DNA of 36,925 bases, taken from contig JBDKKE010000456.1 of the NCBI GenBank assembly GCA_039796255.1, positions 1 through 36,925 of the forward strand. The letters run 5' to 3'. The notes under the pieces are model-generated. The model did no database searches, had not been told where the DNA came from, and was given only the letters and a program-made list of their open reading frames with translations. Both the position numbers and the translations under genes were made by a program. The first letter of the stretch is position 1. Each line of letters opens with the position of its first letter. This document shows, piece by piece, positions 1 to 9,061 of the stretch. The stretch comes from Verrucomicrobiota bacterium. Lineage in GTDB: Bacteria; Verrucomicrobiota; Verrucomicrobiia; Limisphaerales; UBA9464.

Positions 1-467
1 AGCCCGACGCCGGTGCAGATGGCCATGTCGGCCACATTGAAGGCGGGAAATCCCACCTCGCCGCCGCCGCGCGGTTGCAGGTAAAAGCGAAGGAAATCGA
101 TGACGTGGTTGCGGGTGGGCAGGAGGCGGTCCAGCAGGTTGCCCGCGATGCCCCCGAAGAGGAGTCCGAGTGCCACCTGTCCCAGGACCCGGTGCGCTTC
201 AAAATGTCGGCGGAAGATCCACAGGCCTACCAACGCCACGGCCGAAATACCGGCCAGAGCCCCGTTGTTGTGGCGGAAAAGGCTCCACGCCGCGCCGGTG
301 TTCCCCCAGTGGACAAACTTGAAAAAGCCCTCCACCACCACCCGCTCCTCCTCGAATCCCATGTAGCGGAGGACCAGAAACTTGGTCAGTTGATCAAGGG
401 CGAACACCATGACCGCGAGGGCGGCCATGCGCTGGTTGGGGGTGAGCGAACGAAGCCCGGCAGTCAT
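1..467 (-). CDS. lspA: Lipoprotein signal peptidase (signal peptidase II), 3' end outside window
   Basis: Absent from the ORF track because it runs off the window edge. My reverse-strand translation from the ATG at 467-465 gives [87 protein letters not shown]. These match the SPase II conserved boxes (DQxTK, N-x-GAA-x-S, GGAxGNxxDR, xxDF, FNxAD). The + strand ORF 75..485 is its antisense shadow. Confidence 0.8.
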   Translation of the reverse strand, partial: MTAGLRSLTPNQRMAALAVMVFALDQLTKFLVLRYMGFEEERVVVEGFFKFVHWGNTGAAWSLFRHNNGALAGISAVALVGLWIFRRHFEAHRVLGQVALGLLFGGIAGNLLDRLLPTRNHVIDFLRFYLQPRGGGEVGFPAFNVADMAICTGVG

Positions 468-562
468 GCGTCGCGCGAACTCTAGCGTCCGAGGGAGCGA
501 TGACCAGTTTGCAATCCCATCACTTCGATTCCCGCGCGCTGCGTTAGGCTGGGGGACAGGCA

Positions 563-3004
563 ATGATTGTTCCCGAGGGTCGTGAGGCTTCCCTTTGCCG
601 AACGACAGTTCAGGCTGGCGCCATGCGCGGCATTTTCCCGGGTCCGACGATCTCCCTTAAGCCAGTCGCCTTCCAGGGTGTTTCTGCAGTGCTCCGGCGC
701 TTCGGACGACCCCTCGCGGCTTTCGGAATGCTCGCCAGCGTGCTCGCCCAGCCGCTTCCAGGAACCGCGGAGCTCACCGGCGCTCCGGACCAGGATCGGG
801 CCGCCGACATGGTGGACGGCCTGCGCACGTATCTGGATCGAACCGCCGCGCAATCGGCCGGTGGTCGCGACCGCATCTGGCGAAACCCGTCCGACTCCTC
901 CGGCCGGTTCGAGTCCAACCGTACCCGGTTGCGGGCGATCCTCGGACTCCAGGATCCTCGCGACGAGCGGGCCAAGGTGTCGCTGCGTCACGTGATTCCA
1001 TCCGCCACTGCCGTTCCTCCGGCGTCCGCCGAGATCGGACGAGGCCGGGGATACCGGATCTTTCCCGCCACCTGGACCGTCTTCCGCGGGGTGGAAGGGG
1101 AGGGATTGCTGCTGGTTCCCGATGGCACTGCCCGGGCCGACGTGATCGCGGTTCCCGACTGCGAGTGGACGCCGGAGCAGTTCGTCGGTCTGACGCCGGG
1201 ATTGGGAGCGTCCGAACAACTTGCCCGTCTCTGTGCTGAACAGGGATGTCGGGTGCTCGTGCCGTCGCTGATCGGTCGCGACAGCACCTTTGCCGGAAAT
1301 CCCGGCGTGCGGTCCACCCGGCACAGTCAGCGGGAGACCCTCTGGCGGGCCGGATACGAAATGGGGCATACGCCGATCACCTACGACCTGCACAAGATCC
1401 TGGCGGCTGCCGACTGGCTGCAGGCAACCCGGCCGACGAACGCGACTGCCCCCGCGAGCACCCATCCCCCGGCGCTTGCCCTGGTCGGATACGGCGAGGG
1501 CGGTTTGCTGGCCCTGTATGCCGCGGCTGCCGACACCCGCTTCACGGCGGCCTGGGTGGGTGGCTACTTCGGTCCGCGCGAACGTCTGTGGGAGGAGCCG
1601 CTGGACCGGAATCTCTTCGGGTTGCTGAAGGAATTTGGGGACGCCGAGATTGCCGCCCTGGTGGCCCCCCGCCCGCTGTTCCTGGAAGCGGGCCGGTATC
1701 CGGAACGCATCCTCACCGACGAGCATGGCGGCTCACCGGGCCGTCTAGGGCGCCCCGAACCGGCCGCAGTGGTCGCCGAGCACGAGCGTCTAAAACAGAT
1801 CGTGGGGACGGCCGCAGGACAACTTCAGATGAGTCCGCCCGAGATCGTTGGGGCCTCTCTGGGTTCCTTTCTTGCCACCGTGGCCGGCGCCGGGTCCGGC
1901 GCCGCAGCGGACTCCGTACCGGATCCCGCGCGCACCGGAACGCTTCCGGACCCTGCGGACCGCACCCTGCGCCAGTATCGCCAGATTCTGGAGGACACCC
2001 AATGGCTCATGGGTGAGGGAGAGTATGTCCGCCGGGAATTCTGGAAGACCGCCGATCTCAAGAGCCTCGCCGCCTTCACCAATTCCGCCACCGTGTATCG
2101 CAGCTACTTCCACTCCAACGTGGTTGGCATTCTGCCTCCGGCTTCACTTCCCCCCAATCCCCGAACCCGCTTGCTGGGCGAGACCAACGGCGTCCGGCGC
2201 TACGAGGTGCTGCTGGAGGTTCATCGCGACGTGATGGCCTATGGCATTCTCTGCGTGCCGGCGGATCTGAAGCCCGGTGAGCGGCGTCCAGTGGTGGTTT
2301 GTCAGCACGGTCTGGAAGGCCGTCCTGCCGACATCTCCGATCCGACCATCAACAGTCCCTACTATCACCAGTACGGTCTGCGGCTCGCCGAACGGGGTTT
2401 CATCACCTTCGCCCCACAGAATCCGTACATCGGCGTCACAAAGTTCCGCCAGGTCCTGCACCGCGCCCAGCCGCTGGGCCTCACCCTCTGGTCCTTCATC
2501 GTGCGTCAGCATGAGGTCATCACCGACTGGCTGGCTGCCCAACCCTTTGTCGATCCGCAGCGCATCGCCTTCTACGGCCTCAGCTATGGCGGCAAGACAG
2601 CCATGCGGGTGCCGGTGCTGGTGGACCGCTACTGCCTCAGCATCTGCTCTGCGGACTATAATGAGTGGATCTGGAAGAACGTGTCGTCGCGCTCCCCCTA
2701 CAGTTATTTGTGGACCTCGGAGTACGACATGCCCGAATGGAACATGGGGAACACCTTCAACTACGCCGAGCTGTCCTGGCTCATTCTGCCGCGTCCCTTC
2801 ATGGTGGAACGCGGCCACGACGATGGCGTGGCGCCCGATGAATGGGTCGCTTACGAGTACGCCAAGACCCGACGTCACTACGTTAAGCTGGGGTTGGCCG
2901 ACCGCACCGAGATCGAATTCTTCGACGGCCCCCACTCGATTCACGGCGTGGGCACCTTCGACTTCCTGCACCGCCACCTGAACTGGCCGAAGACGGGGGA
3001 GTAG
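563..3004 (+). CDS. Two-domain alpha/beta-hydrolase fold protein (dienelactone hydrolase / S9-peptidase-like esterase); start uncertain (ATG 563 or ATG 623)
   Basis: 813-aa ORF. The C-terminal half has a nucleophile elbow, [13 protein letters not shown] (GLSYGG at 2576-2593), plus downstream acid/His candidates ([16 protein letters not shown]). The N-terminal half repeats the fold signature, but with [20 protein letters not shown] (1487-1504). Confidence 0.7.
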   Translation: MIVPEGREASLCRTTVQAGAMRGIFPGPTISLKPVAFQGVSAVLRRFGRPLAAFGMLASVLAQPLPGTAELTGAPDQDRAADMVDGLRTYLDRTAAQSAGGRDRIWRNPSDSSGRFESNRTRLRAILGLQDPRDERAKVSLRHVIPSATAVPPASAEIGRGRGYRIFPATWTVFRGVEGEGLLLVPDGTARADVIAVPDCEWTPEQFVGLTPGLGASEQLARLCAEQGCRVLVPSLIGRDSTFAGNPGVRSTRHSQRETLWRAGYEMGHTPITYDLHKILAAADWLQATRPTNATAPASTHPPALALVGYGEGGLLALYAAAADTRFTAAWVGGYFGPRERLWEEPLDRNLFGLLKEFGDAEIAALVAPRPLFLEAGRYPERILTDEHGGSPGRLGRPEPAAVVAEHERLKQIVGTAAGQLQMSPPEIVGASLGSFLATVAGAGSGAAADSVPDPARTGTLPDPADRTLRQYRQILEDTQWLMGEGEYVRREFWKTADLKSLAAFTNSATVYRSYFHSNVVGILPPASLPPNPRTRLLGETNGVRRYEVLLEVHRDVMAYGILCVPADLKPGERRPVVVCQHGLEGRPADISDPTINSPYYHQYGLRLAERGFITFAPQNPYIGVTKFRQVLHRAQPLGLTLWSFIVRQHEVITDWLAAQPFVDPQRIAFYGLSYGGKTAMRVPVLVDRYCLSICSADYNEWIWKNVSSRSPYSYLWTSEYDMPEWNMGNTFNYAELSWLILPRPFMVERGHDDGVAPDEWVAYEYAKTRRHYVKLGLADRTEIEFFDGPHSIHGVGTFDFLHRHLNWPKTGE

Positions 3005-3044
3005 GGTTTAGGGTCTGGGGTTTAGGGTCTGGGGTCTGGGGGGG
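3004..3044 (+). repeat. G-rich tandem repeat / G-quadruplex motif filling the convergent intergenic gap
   Basis: The sequence is GGGTTTAGGGTCTGGGGTTTAGGGTCTGGGGTCTGGGGGGG. It has six G-runs of 3 or more, separated by 3-4 nt loops, and a 15-bp unit GGTTTAGGGTCTGGG x2 plus a partial copy. It lies exactly between the hydrolase stop (3002-3004) and the cysS stop (3046-3048). Confidence 0.85.
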
Positions 3045-3045
3045 C

Positions 3046-4497
3046 TCACTTGTCTCTCTTGACCTTGGGGCCTTTGGGGGTGTCTTCGACCACCCAGCCG
3101 CGGGATTTGAGTTCGGCGCGCAGGGCGTCGGCGCCGGCAAAGTCGCGGGCCTTCTTGGCATCCGCCCGCGCCTGGGCCAGGGCGAGAATCTCGGCGGGCG
3201 CCTCATCGGCGGCGGGGCCGCCGAGGCCAAAGACGGCGTCCACGCGGTTCCAGGCGGCGAGAGCGGCAGCGGCCTGCTCCGGACTCAGCGTCCCGGCGCC
3301 CAGGGTGCGATTGGTCTCGCCCACCCAATCGAACACCGCGGCCCAGGCGCGCGAGACGTTGAGATCGTCGTCCAGTGCCTCGGTCACCGCTTGCCCGAGC
3401 GGCGAGATCATCGGACTGGACGGCGCCCCGGAGGCTCCGGCGAGCTCGCGCAGCTTGCCCACGCATTCGTCCAACCGGGACAGAGCGGCGCGGGCGCCCT
3501 CCAGACCTTCGAGGGTGAAGTTGAAGGTACCGCGATAGTGGGCGCTGAGCAGCAGGTAGCGGATCTCACGCCCACCGAAACCTCGTCCCATGAGATCGCG
3601 GACGGTGAAGAAGTTGCCCAGCGACTTGCTCATCTTCTTCCCCTCCACCAGCAGGTGCGCGGCATGCATCCAGTGCTTCACGAACGGCCGTCCGGGCGGC
3701 TGAACCCCGGCACCCTCACTCTGGGCGATTTCATCCTCGTGGTGGGGAAACGCGAGATCCTCGCCGCCCAGATGCAGATCAAAGCTCGGCCCCAGCAACG
3801 CCATGCTCATGGCGCTGCACTCGATGTGCCATCCGGGGCGGCCGGGTCCCCAGGGGCTTTCCCAGAACACCTCGCCATCCTCCGGCACCCGGGCCTTCCA
3901 CAGCGCGAAGTCGGCCAGGGACTCCTTGTCGTACTCGTCGCTGGCCACGCGTTCTCCCACGCGCTGGGCCTCGAAGTTCAGGTTCACCAGTTGACCGTAC
4001 CGGCATCCGCATCCGCGATACTTGTCGATGCTGAAGTACACCGAACCGTCCGGAGTGCGGTAGGCCATTCCCCGCTGCTCCAGCTTTTGAATCAGTTCAA
4101 TGATTTGCGGGAGGTGTTCGGTGGCGCGGGGGAGGTGGTGCGGACGCCGGCAACCCAGGGCGTCGAGATCACGGAGGAACTCCGCTTCATAGCCCCCGGT
4201 GAATTCCCGGAGAGAACGGCCGGTCTCGCGCACGCGCCGGATGATCTTGTCCTCCACGTCGGTGATGTTCATTACGTGAACGACGCCGAATCCACGGAAC
4301 TCCAGAAACCGTCGCACCAGATCGGCGAAGACGAAGGTGCGGAAGTTTCCGATGTGGCCGAAGTCGTACACGGTCGGACCGCAGGCATACATGCCCACCC
4401 GCGGCCTCCCGGCGTCGTCGCGTGAATCGGGGTCCAGTGGAACGAAGGGGACCACGCTCCGGGTGAGCGTGTTGAAGAAATGCGGGCGCGAGTCCAT
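3046..4497 (-). CDS. cysS: Cysteine--tRNA ligase
   Basis: 483 aa. Class I aaRS HIGH motif (CGPTVYDFGHIGNFRTF) and KMSKS motif (GKKMSKSLGNF). Cys-rich zinc-site context (WHIECSAM). Length is typical for CysRS. Confidence 0.95.
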   Translation of the reverse strand: MDSRPHFFNTLTRSVVPFVPLDPDSRDDAGRPRVGMYACGPTVYDFGHIGNFRTFVFADLVRRFLEFRGFGVVHVMNITDVEDKIIRRVRETGRSLREFTGGYEAEFLRDLDALGCRRPHHLPRATEHLPQIIELIQKLEQRGMAYRTPDGSVYFSIDKYRGCGCRYGQLVNLNFEAQRVGERVASDEYDKESLADFALWKARVPEDGEVFWESPWGPGRPGWHIECSAMSMALLGPSFDLHLGGEDLAFPHHEDEIAQSEGAGVQPPGRPFVKHWMHAAHLLVEGKKMSKSLGNFFTVRDLMGRGFGGREIRYLLLSAHYRGTFNFTLEGLEGARAALSRLDECVGKLRELAGASGAPSSPMISPLGQAVTEALDDDLNVSRAWAAVFDWVGETNRTLGAGTLSPEQAAAALAAWNRVDAVFGLGGPAADEAPAEILALAQARADAKKARDFAGADALRAELKSRGWVVEDTPKGPKVKRDK

Positions 4498-4763
4498 GCG
4501 TCAGGACCGGCAGGCTAGAAAGGATGCCGCCAAAGCGGAATTCCCAAATCAGCTGCCGCCACGCGGCGACGGATTCAGTCTCCTTCACAATTCCCCCTTC
4601 GCTCCGTCGCTCCTTTGCTGTTCCACTGCCTTTTTGGGGTTGAAACGTCATTTACCTCTCTCGGATCGCCCCTCAGGCTGACCGATGTCAACTCGGGTTG
4701 CCTTCAACCCGCCCGCCCGAGTCGAAGCATCGACAATTCGCTGGTCCGGAAAGCCATGGTCCG

Positions 4764-5627
4764 ATGAGAACCAACCCGCTGGGCATGCGATCTCGCCTCT
4801 CGATGATGAGGGAGGAAGCGCGTCCCGGCGGCTTCGCCTTCACCCTGATCGAACTTCTGGTGGTGATCGCGATCATTGCCCTCCTCGCGGGAATGCTTCT
4901 TCCCTCCTTGTCGCGGGCGAAGGAGAAGGCCAGGCAGTCGGCCTGCCTGAACAATCTCCGACAAATGGGCATCGCCACGTTTCTCTATGCCGACGACCAC
5001 CTGGACCGCCTTCCGCCAGCCTTCTTCAATCCGGACCTGAATCCGAACGCGGGCCCCTATTACAGCTATCTGCTTTTTGGCTGGGGGGGAACCGTGGGCA
5101 GGGCTGCCGAGCCGAAGCTGGCGGTCAATCTGGGCCTTCTCTACACCGGAAACTACCTGCGGCCACCGGAGGTATTCTACTGCCCAAGCTCACGGCAGCA
5201 GAAGGACTTCCGGGTGGTCTTCGAGCGGAAGTATTTTCAAAGTCCGAGTGTCCCGTGGCCGATGTACGCCGTCGATGGCCAGGTAAACATGACCTATAAC
5301 TATTTTCCGCAAACGGACATTCCCTCCAGGAAGGAGAGCGAGGCCAAGCGGGATTGGACGCAGGTGGCGGACAAACAAACGCAACTTCGCGCCCAGCGGT
5401 CGCTGGTGACAGATCTGATCTATACCTGGGGCACCATGGCCCACACCTCGAGCCGGAATCCGTCGGGACTGAACGTCCTTTGGGGGGACGGACACGTCAA
5501 ATTTAGCACGACCCGGGCGGCATTTGATCCGAAACTTTGGGGCGGAACCGGGCCCAATCCGACCTCGGAGACTCCGGGGGACAACGCCACCCGCTGGAGG
5601 ACGATTGTCTCCCATTTGAGGCCTTGA
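4764..5627 (+). CDS. Prepilin-type N-terminal cleavage/methylation domain protein, DUF1559 / H-X9-DG type (start uncertain: TTG 4698, ATG 4764, 4785 or 4803)
   Basis: N-terminus [50 protein letters not shown] is the classical type IV pilin-like leader plus hydrophobic helix. The C-terminal [11 protein letters not shown] matches the DG-H signature of the PVC DUF1559 family. Confidence 0.8.
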   Translation: MRTNPLGMRSRLSMMREEARPGGFAFTLIELLVVIAIIALLAGMLLPSLSRAKEKARQSACLNNLRQMGIATFLYADDHLDRLPPAFFNPDLNPNAGPYYSYLLFGWGGTVGRAAEPKLAVNLGLLYTGNYLRPPEVFYCPSSRQQKDFRVVFERKYFQSPSVPWPMYAVDGQVNMTYNYFPQTDIPSRKESEAKRDWTQVADKQTQLRAQRSLVTDLIYTWGTMAHTSSRNPSGLNVLWGDGHVKFSTTRAAFDPKLWGGTGPNPTSETPGDNATRWRTIVSHLRP

Positions 5628-5737
5628 AGAACCCTGGGGGATGACCCCGTCTGTCTGAACCGGGGGTCGCCTGCGCTCCGGGCGCCGAAGGGTTGGACTG
5701 CCCTTGTCCGGACGAAGCTGGCAGAGTGCTCACCACG

Positions 5738-8700
5738 ATGGCGCGTGGGCTGCAACTGATCTCGAGCAACCGGCTGGAGGCATTGGGAGAATGCCTCGCC
5801 GGATCGCTGCGTCAGCCGCGGGAGGATCCGCGGGACTCCGACCGGGTGGTGGTGCAGAGCCGCGGCATGGCGCGCTGGGTTCAACTGGAGGTTGCACGGC
5901 ACAATGGGGTGTGCGCCTTGACGCAGTTTCCCTTTCCCAAGGCGTTGGTGCGCGAGGTGTGCGCCGCCCTGGTGCCGGAGGCCACTGACCTGACCCGCTA
6001 TGATCGTGACTCCCTGACCTGGCGGACCTGGGCCGCGTTGTCCGCCCGCCGCGAGGATCCGGTGTTTGCGGAGGCGACCCGGTATGCCGGGGACGACCCC
6101 CGCCGCCGCTTCCAGTTGTCCGTCCGGGTGGCGGGTCTGCTCGACCAGTACCTGGTGTACCGCCCGGACCTCATCGCCGCCTGGGAGGCGGGACAGGACG
6201 CCCAGGACGCCCAGAACGCCCAGAGCGCCCAGAGCGCCCACTGGCAGGCGGAGCTCTGGCGGACCATGCGGACGGGACCCGACGCGTGGCCGGAATCCCG
6301 CTGGCTGGCCACCGCCACCGAACGTCTTCGGCAGGGACCGGGCGGGTGGGTGGGACCGGGCGGCATTCCTCCGCGGCTGCCGGAACGAGTCGCCCTTTTC
6401 GGCATCGCCGTGCTCCCCCCGGCGTATCTGGAATTGTTCGCGGCGTTGGCCCAGCACGTGGACGTAACGCTGTATGCCTTGCAGCCTTCCCGGGAATATT
6501 GGGCTGACCAGGTGTCGCGTCGTGAGGAACAGCGTCACCTGAGTCGCGCCGGACGGGGGGCTGACGATGGGGCGAAAATTTATCTGGAACGCGGACCGCG
6601 ACTGTTGATGTCGCTGGGAAAACTGGGGCGCGGATTCCTGCGCCAGCTTGCCGAGCATGGCGCGGGAGGTGGGGAAGATCCCTTTGAGGATCCGGGCGAC
6701 GACACGCTGCTGCACCGGGTGCAGTCCGATCTCCTGAATCTGCGCGATCGCCTGGCCCCCGGGGCCGGCGAGGTGCCCCTCCCACTGAATGCCGCGGATT
6801 CCTCCCTGCGGGTGCATGTGTGCCACAGTCCCCGTCGCGAACTGGAGGTCCTGCAGGACCAACTGCTCGACGCGATGAACGCGGATCCGACCCTGGCGCC
6901 GCGCGATATCCTGGTGCTGACGCCCGACATCGAATCCTACGCTCCGCTGATCCATGCGGTGTTCGGGGCGCCGGAAGAGGAGCGGTTGCGGCTGCCCTAC
7001 AGCATCGCGGATCGAGTGCCCCGGGCGGAAAGCGCGTTGGCCGACGCCTTCCTGCGAATCCTCACCCTGCCGGATCGGCGGTGCGGCCGGACTGAGATTG
7101 AGCCGCTGTTGGAGGTTCCCGCGCTGCAACGGCGGTTTGCCTTGACCGTCGAAGGGGTGGTCCGCATCCGGGGCTGGCTGGAGGAATTGGGAACCAGTTG
7201 GGGACTGGATGCCACCCACCGGGGAGCCCTGGGACTGCCCGCCCTGCCGCAGGGGACGTGGCGTCATGGAGCGGACCGGCTGCTGCTGGGCGCGGCGATG
7301 GCCTCCGGTGACGAATGCCTGGTGGGGGGGCTGAGCCCGCTCGACGGCATTGAGGGCGAGGGCGCCGTGCTGGCGGGTGGCTTGGCGGCACTGGTCGCCG
7401 CCCTGGAGACGCTGGCCCCGCTCCGCCATGGAGAGCTCCCGCTGGGCGACTGGACCGCGGAGTTGAACCGGGTGTTCGACACCTTCTTCCTGGTCGAGGA
7501 AGGCGAGGGGTTTGACGAGCGGCTCGTGCGGGGGGCGCTGGAGCGGCTGAGGACGGTGGCACGGTCGGCTGAATTCACCGGCCCACTGCGACTCGCCGCC
7601 GTCCGGGAACAACTGGAGTTGTGGTTGGCGGAGGAGCGCAATGCCGGCGGATTCCTGCGCGGTGGGGTGACCTTCGCCGCCCTCAAACCGATGCGCAGCA
7701 TTCCGGCGCGCGTCATTGGCGTCATCGGGCTCAACGACACCGCCTTTCCCCGTCAACCCATCACCAATACCTTTGATCTGATCGCGCGGCATCCCCGGCC
7801 GGGCGACGAGGCGCGGCAGGAGGATGACCGCCATCTGTTTCTGGAAACGCTGCTCTCCGCCCGCGACCGGCTGCATCTGAGCCACGTGGGACAATCCATT
7901 CGCGACAACGCCCCGCTGCCGCCCTCGGTGGTGATCGGCGAAGTGTTGGACCACCTGGCGGACATCGCCGCGGGAGGCGCTGCGGCGGTTGAGAAGACGG
8001 TGGTGGTGCGGCATCCCCTGCACGCGTTCAGTGCGGAGTACTTTGGCGGACGTCCCGATCCGCGTCTCTTCAGCTATTCGGCGGAGAACCGTCGCGCGGC
8101 GGTGACCACCCGCGGTGGACCCGTGGATCGGGAGCCGGAGTTCCTCGCCGCTCCGCTGGCGTCCCCACCTGGAGACGGGCCGGTGGTGGACTTGGAGACG
8201 CTGCGGCGTTTCCTCCGGAATCCGGCGAAGTTCTTTTTGCAGGAGCGCCTGGGAGTGCGGCTGCCGAGGACGGTGGGGAGGGTGACGGATCGTGAGCGCT
8301 TCGCCCTGGAAGGTCGGGAGAAATTCGTTCTGAAGCAGGCATGGCTCGATCGGTGGCGCGAGTGCGGTTCGGCAGTGGCGCTGTCGAACCGCGCGGTTGC
8401 GGATGGCGATCTTCCGCTGGGTCCGGCAGGGGAGATTGCGGCGCAGGAGGTGACCGGGGATCTCTCCCGATTGCTGGCCGCCATCGCGCCCGACGCCCGG
8501 CGTGTGATGCCCCCGCTGCCGGTCTCCGTGCGCGTCGGCAGCGTCGTGCTGGAGGGAACGGTGGACGGACTCACCGCGGCCGGATTGTTGTTCGTCAAAC
8601 CCGCCCGGTTCAAGGCGTCGGATCTGCTCGATTTGTGGGTGCGCCTGCTGGTGCTCACCGCCTTCCGGGGATCGGAGTCCACGGAAGCCGCACGACTGGT

Positions 8701-9061
8701 GGTGCAGGCATCGGACGGCGCGGTGGAGGAGCGGACGCTGGTGGCGCCCCGGGACCCCGTGGCGGTCCTCGCCGAACTGCTGGAGATTCTTGACGCTGGA
8801 AGGCGCCGTCCGCTGCCCCTGTTTCCCAGGTGCGCGGCCGCCTTCACCCAGCCCGTTGGCGCGCGGGTCACCACGACCCCCATCGATCGCGCGCTCAAGG
8901 AGTGGCAAGGCAGCGACACGTCTCCGGGGGAGTCGGTCGACCCGGCCTTCGCCCTGTGCTTCGGTCGAGTGACGCCGCATCCGCTGGACGACGCCTTCGC
9001 CGAGCTGGCCCGGCGGGTGATGGGTCCCCTGTGGACGCATGCGGGAAAGGACGCGGAGTGA
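5738..9061 (+). CDS. recC: Exodeoxyribonuclease V gamma subunit RecC
   Basis: N-terminus MARGLQLISSNRLEALGECLAGSL..RVVVQSRGMARWVQLEVARHNGVCALTQFPFP parallels the E. coli RecC N-terminus (YHSNRLD.L..L.., ILVQS.GMAQWLQ, F.LP). About 1107 aa, immediately upstream of recB with a stop/start overlap. The track ORF start at 5693 is a TTG; ATG 5738 is preferred. Confidence 0.9.
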   Translation: MARGLQLISSNRLEALGECLAGSLRQPREDPRDSDRVVVQSRGMARWVQLEVARHNGVCALTQFPFPKALVREVCAALVPEATDLTRYDRDSLTWRTWAALSARREDPVFAEATRYAGDDPRRRFQLSVRVAGLLDQYLVYRPDLIAAWEAGQDAQDAQNAQSAQSAHWQAELWRTMRTGPDAWPESRWLATATERLRQGPGGWVGPGGIPPRLPERVALFGIAVLPPAYLELFAALAQHVDVTLYALQPSREYWADQVSRREEQRHLSRAGRGADDGAKIYLERGPRLLMSLGKLGRGFLRQLAEHGAGGGEDPFEDPGDDTLLHRVQSDLLNLRDRLAPGAGEVPLPLNAADSSLRVHVCHSPRRELEVLQDQLLDAMNADPTLAPRDILVLTPDIESYAPLIHAVFGAPEEERLRLPYSIADRVPRAESALADAFLRILTLPDRRCGRTEIEPLLEVPALQRRFALTVEGVVRIRGWLEELGTSWGLDATHRGALGLPALPQGTWRHGADRLLLGAAMASGDECLVGGLSPLDGIEGEGAVLAGGLAALVAALETLAPLRHGELPLGDWTAELNRVFDTFFLVEEGEGFDERLVRGALERLRTVARSAEFTGPLRLAAVREQLELWLAEERNAGGFLRGGVTFAALKPMRSIPARVIGVIGLNDTAFPRQPITNTFDLIARHPRPGDEARQEDDRHLFLETLLSARDRLHLSHVGQSIRDNAPLPPSVVIGEVLDHLADIAAGGAAAVEKTVVVRHPLHAFSAEYFGGRPDPRLFSYSAENRRAAVTTRGGPVDREPEFLAAPLASPPGDGPVVDLETLRRFLRNPAKFFLQERLGVRLPRTVGRVTDRERFALEGREKFVLKQAWLDRWRECGSAVALSNRAVADGDLPLGPAGEIAAQEVTGDLSRLLAAIAPDARRVMPPLPVSVRVGSVVLEGTVDGLTAAGLLFVKPARFKASDLLDLWVRLLVLTAFRGSESTEAARLVVQASDGAVEERTLVAPRDPVAVLAELLEILDAGRRRPLPLFPRCAAAFTQPVGARVTTTPIDRALKEWQGSDTSPGESVDPAFALCFGRVTPHPLDDAFAELARRVMGPLWTHAGKDAE
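6194..6238 (+). repeat. In-frame 9-bp tandem repeat (CAGRRCGCC x5) inside recC
   Basis: The DNA caggacgcc caggacgcc cagaacgcc cagagcgcc cagagcgcc encodes QDA QDA QNA QSA QSA. Confidence 0.9.

Noticed and set aside
75-485. 136-aa + strand ORF at the window start
   Set aside because: The opposite strand encodes an unmistakable signal peptidase II sequence that runs off the window edge. The + ORF is its shadow.
482-1726. 414-aa minus-strand ORF and several nested ORFs over the hydrolase gene
   Set aside because: They are antisense or out-of-frame shadows of the 813-aa hydrolase ORF, which carries the GLSYGG esterase motif. Their composition is unprotein-like.
8830-9057. N-terminal 76-aa extension of recB proposed by the ORF track
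   Set aside because: It overlaps the recC 3' end in another frame and has no homology to RecB. The GTG at 9058 gives an N-terminus collinear with E. coli RecB and the classic 4-nt overlap.
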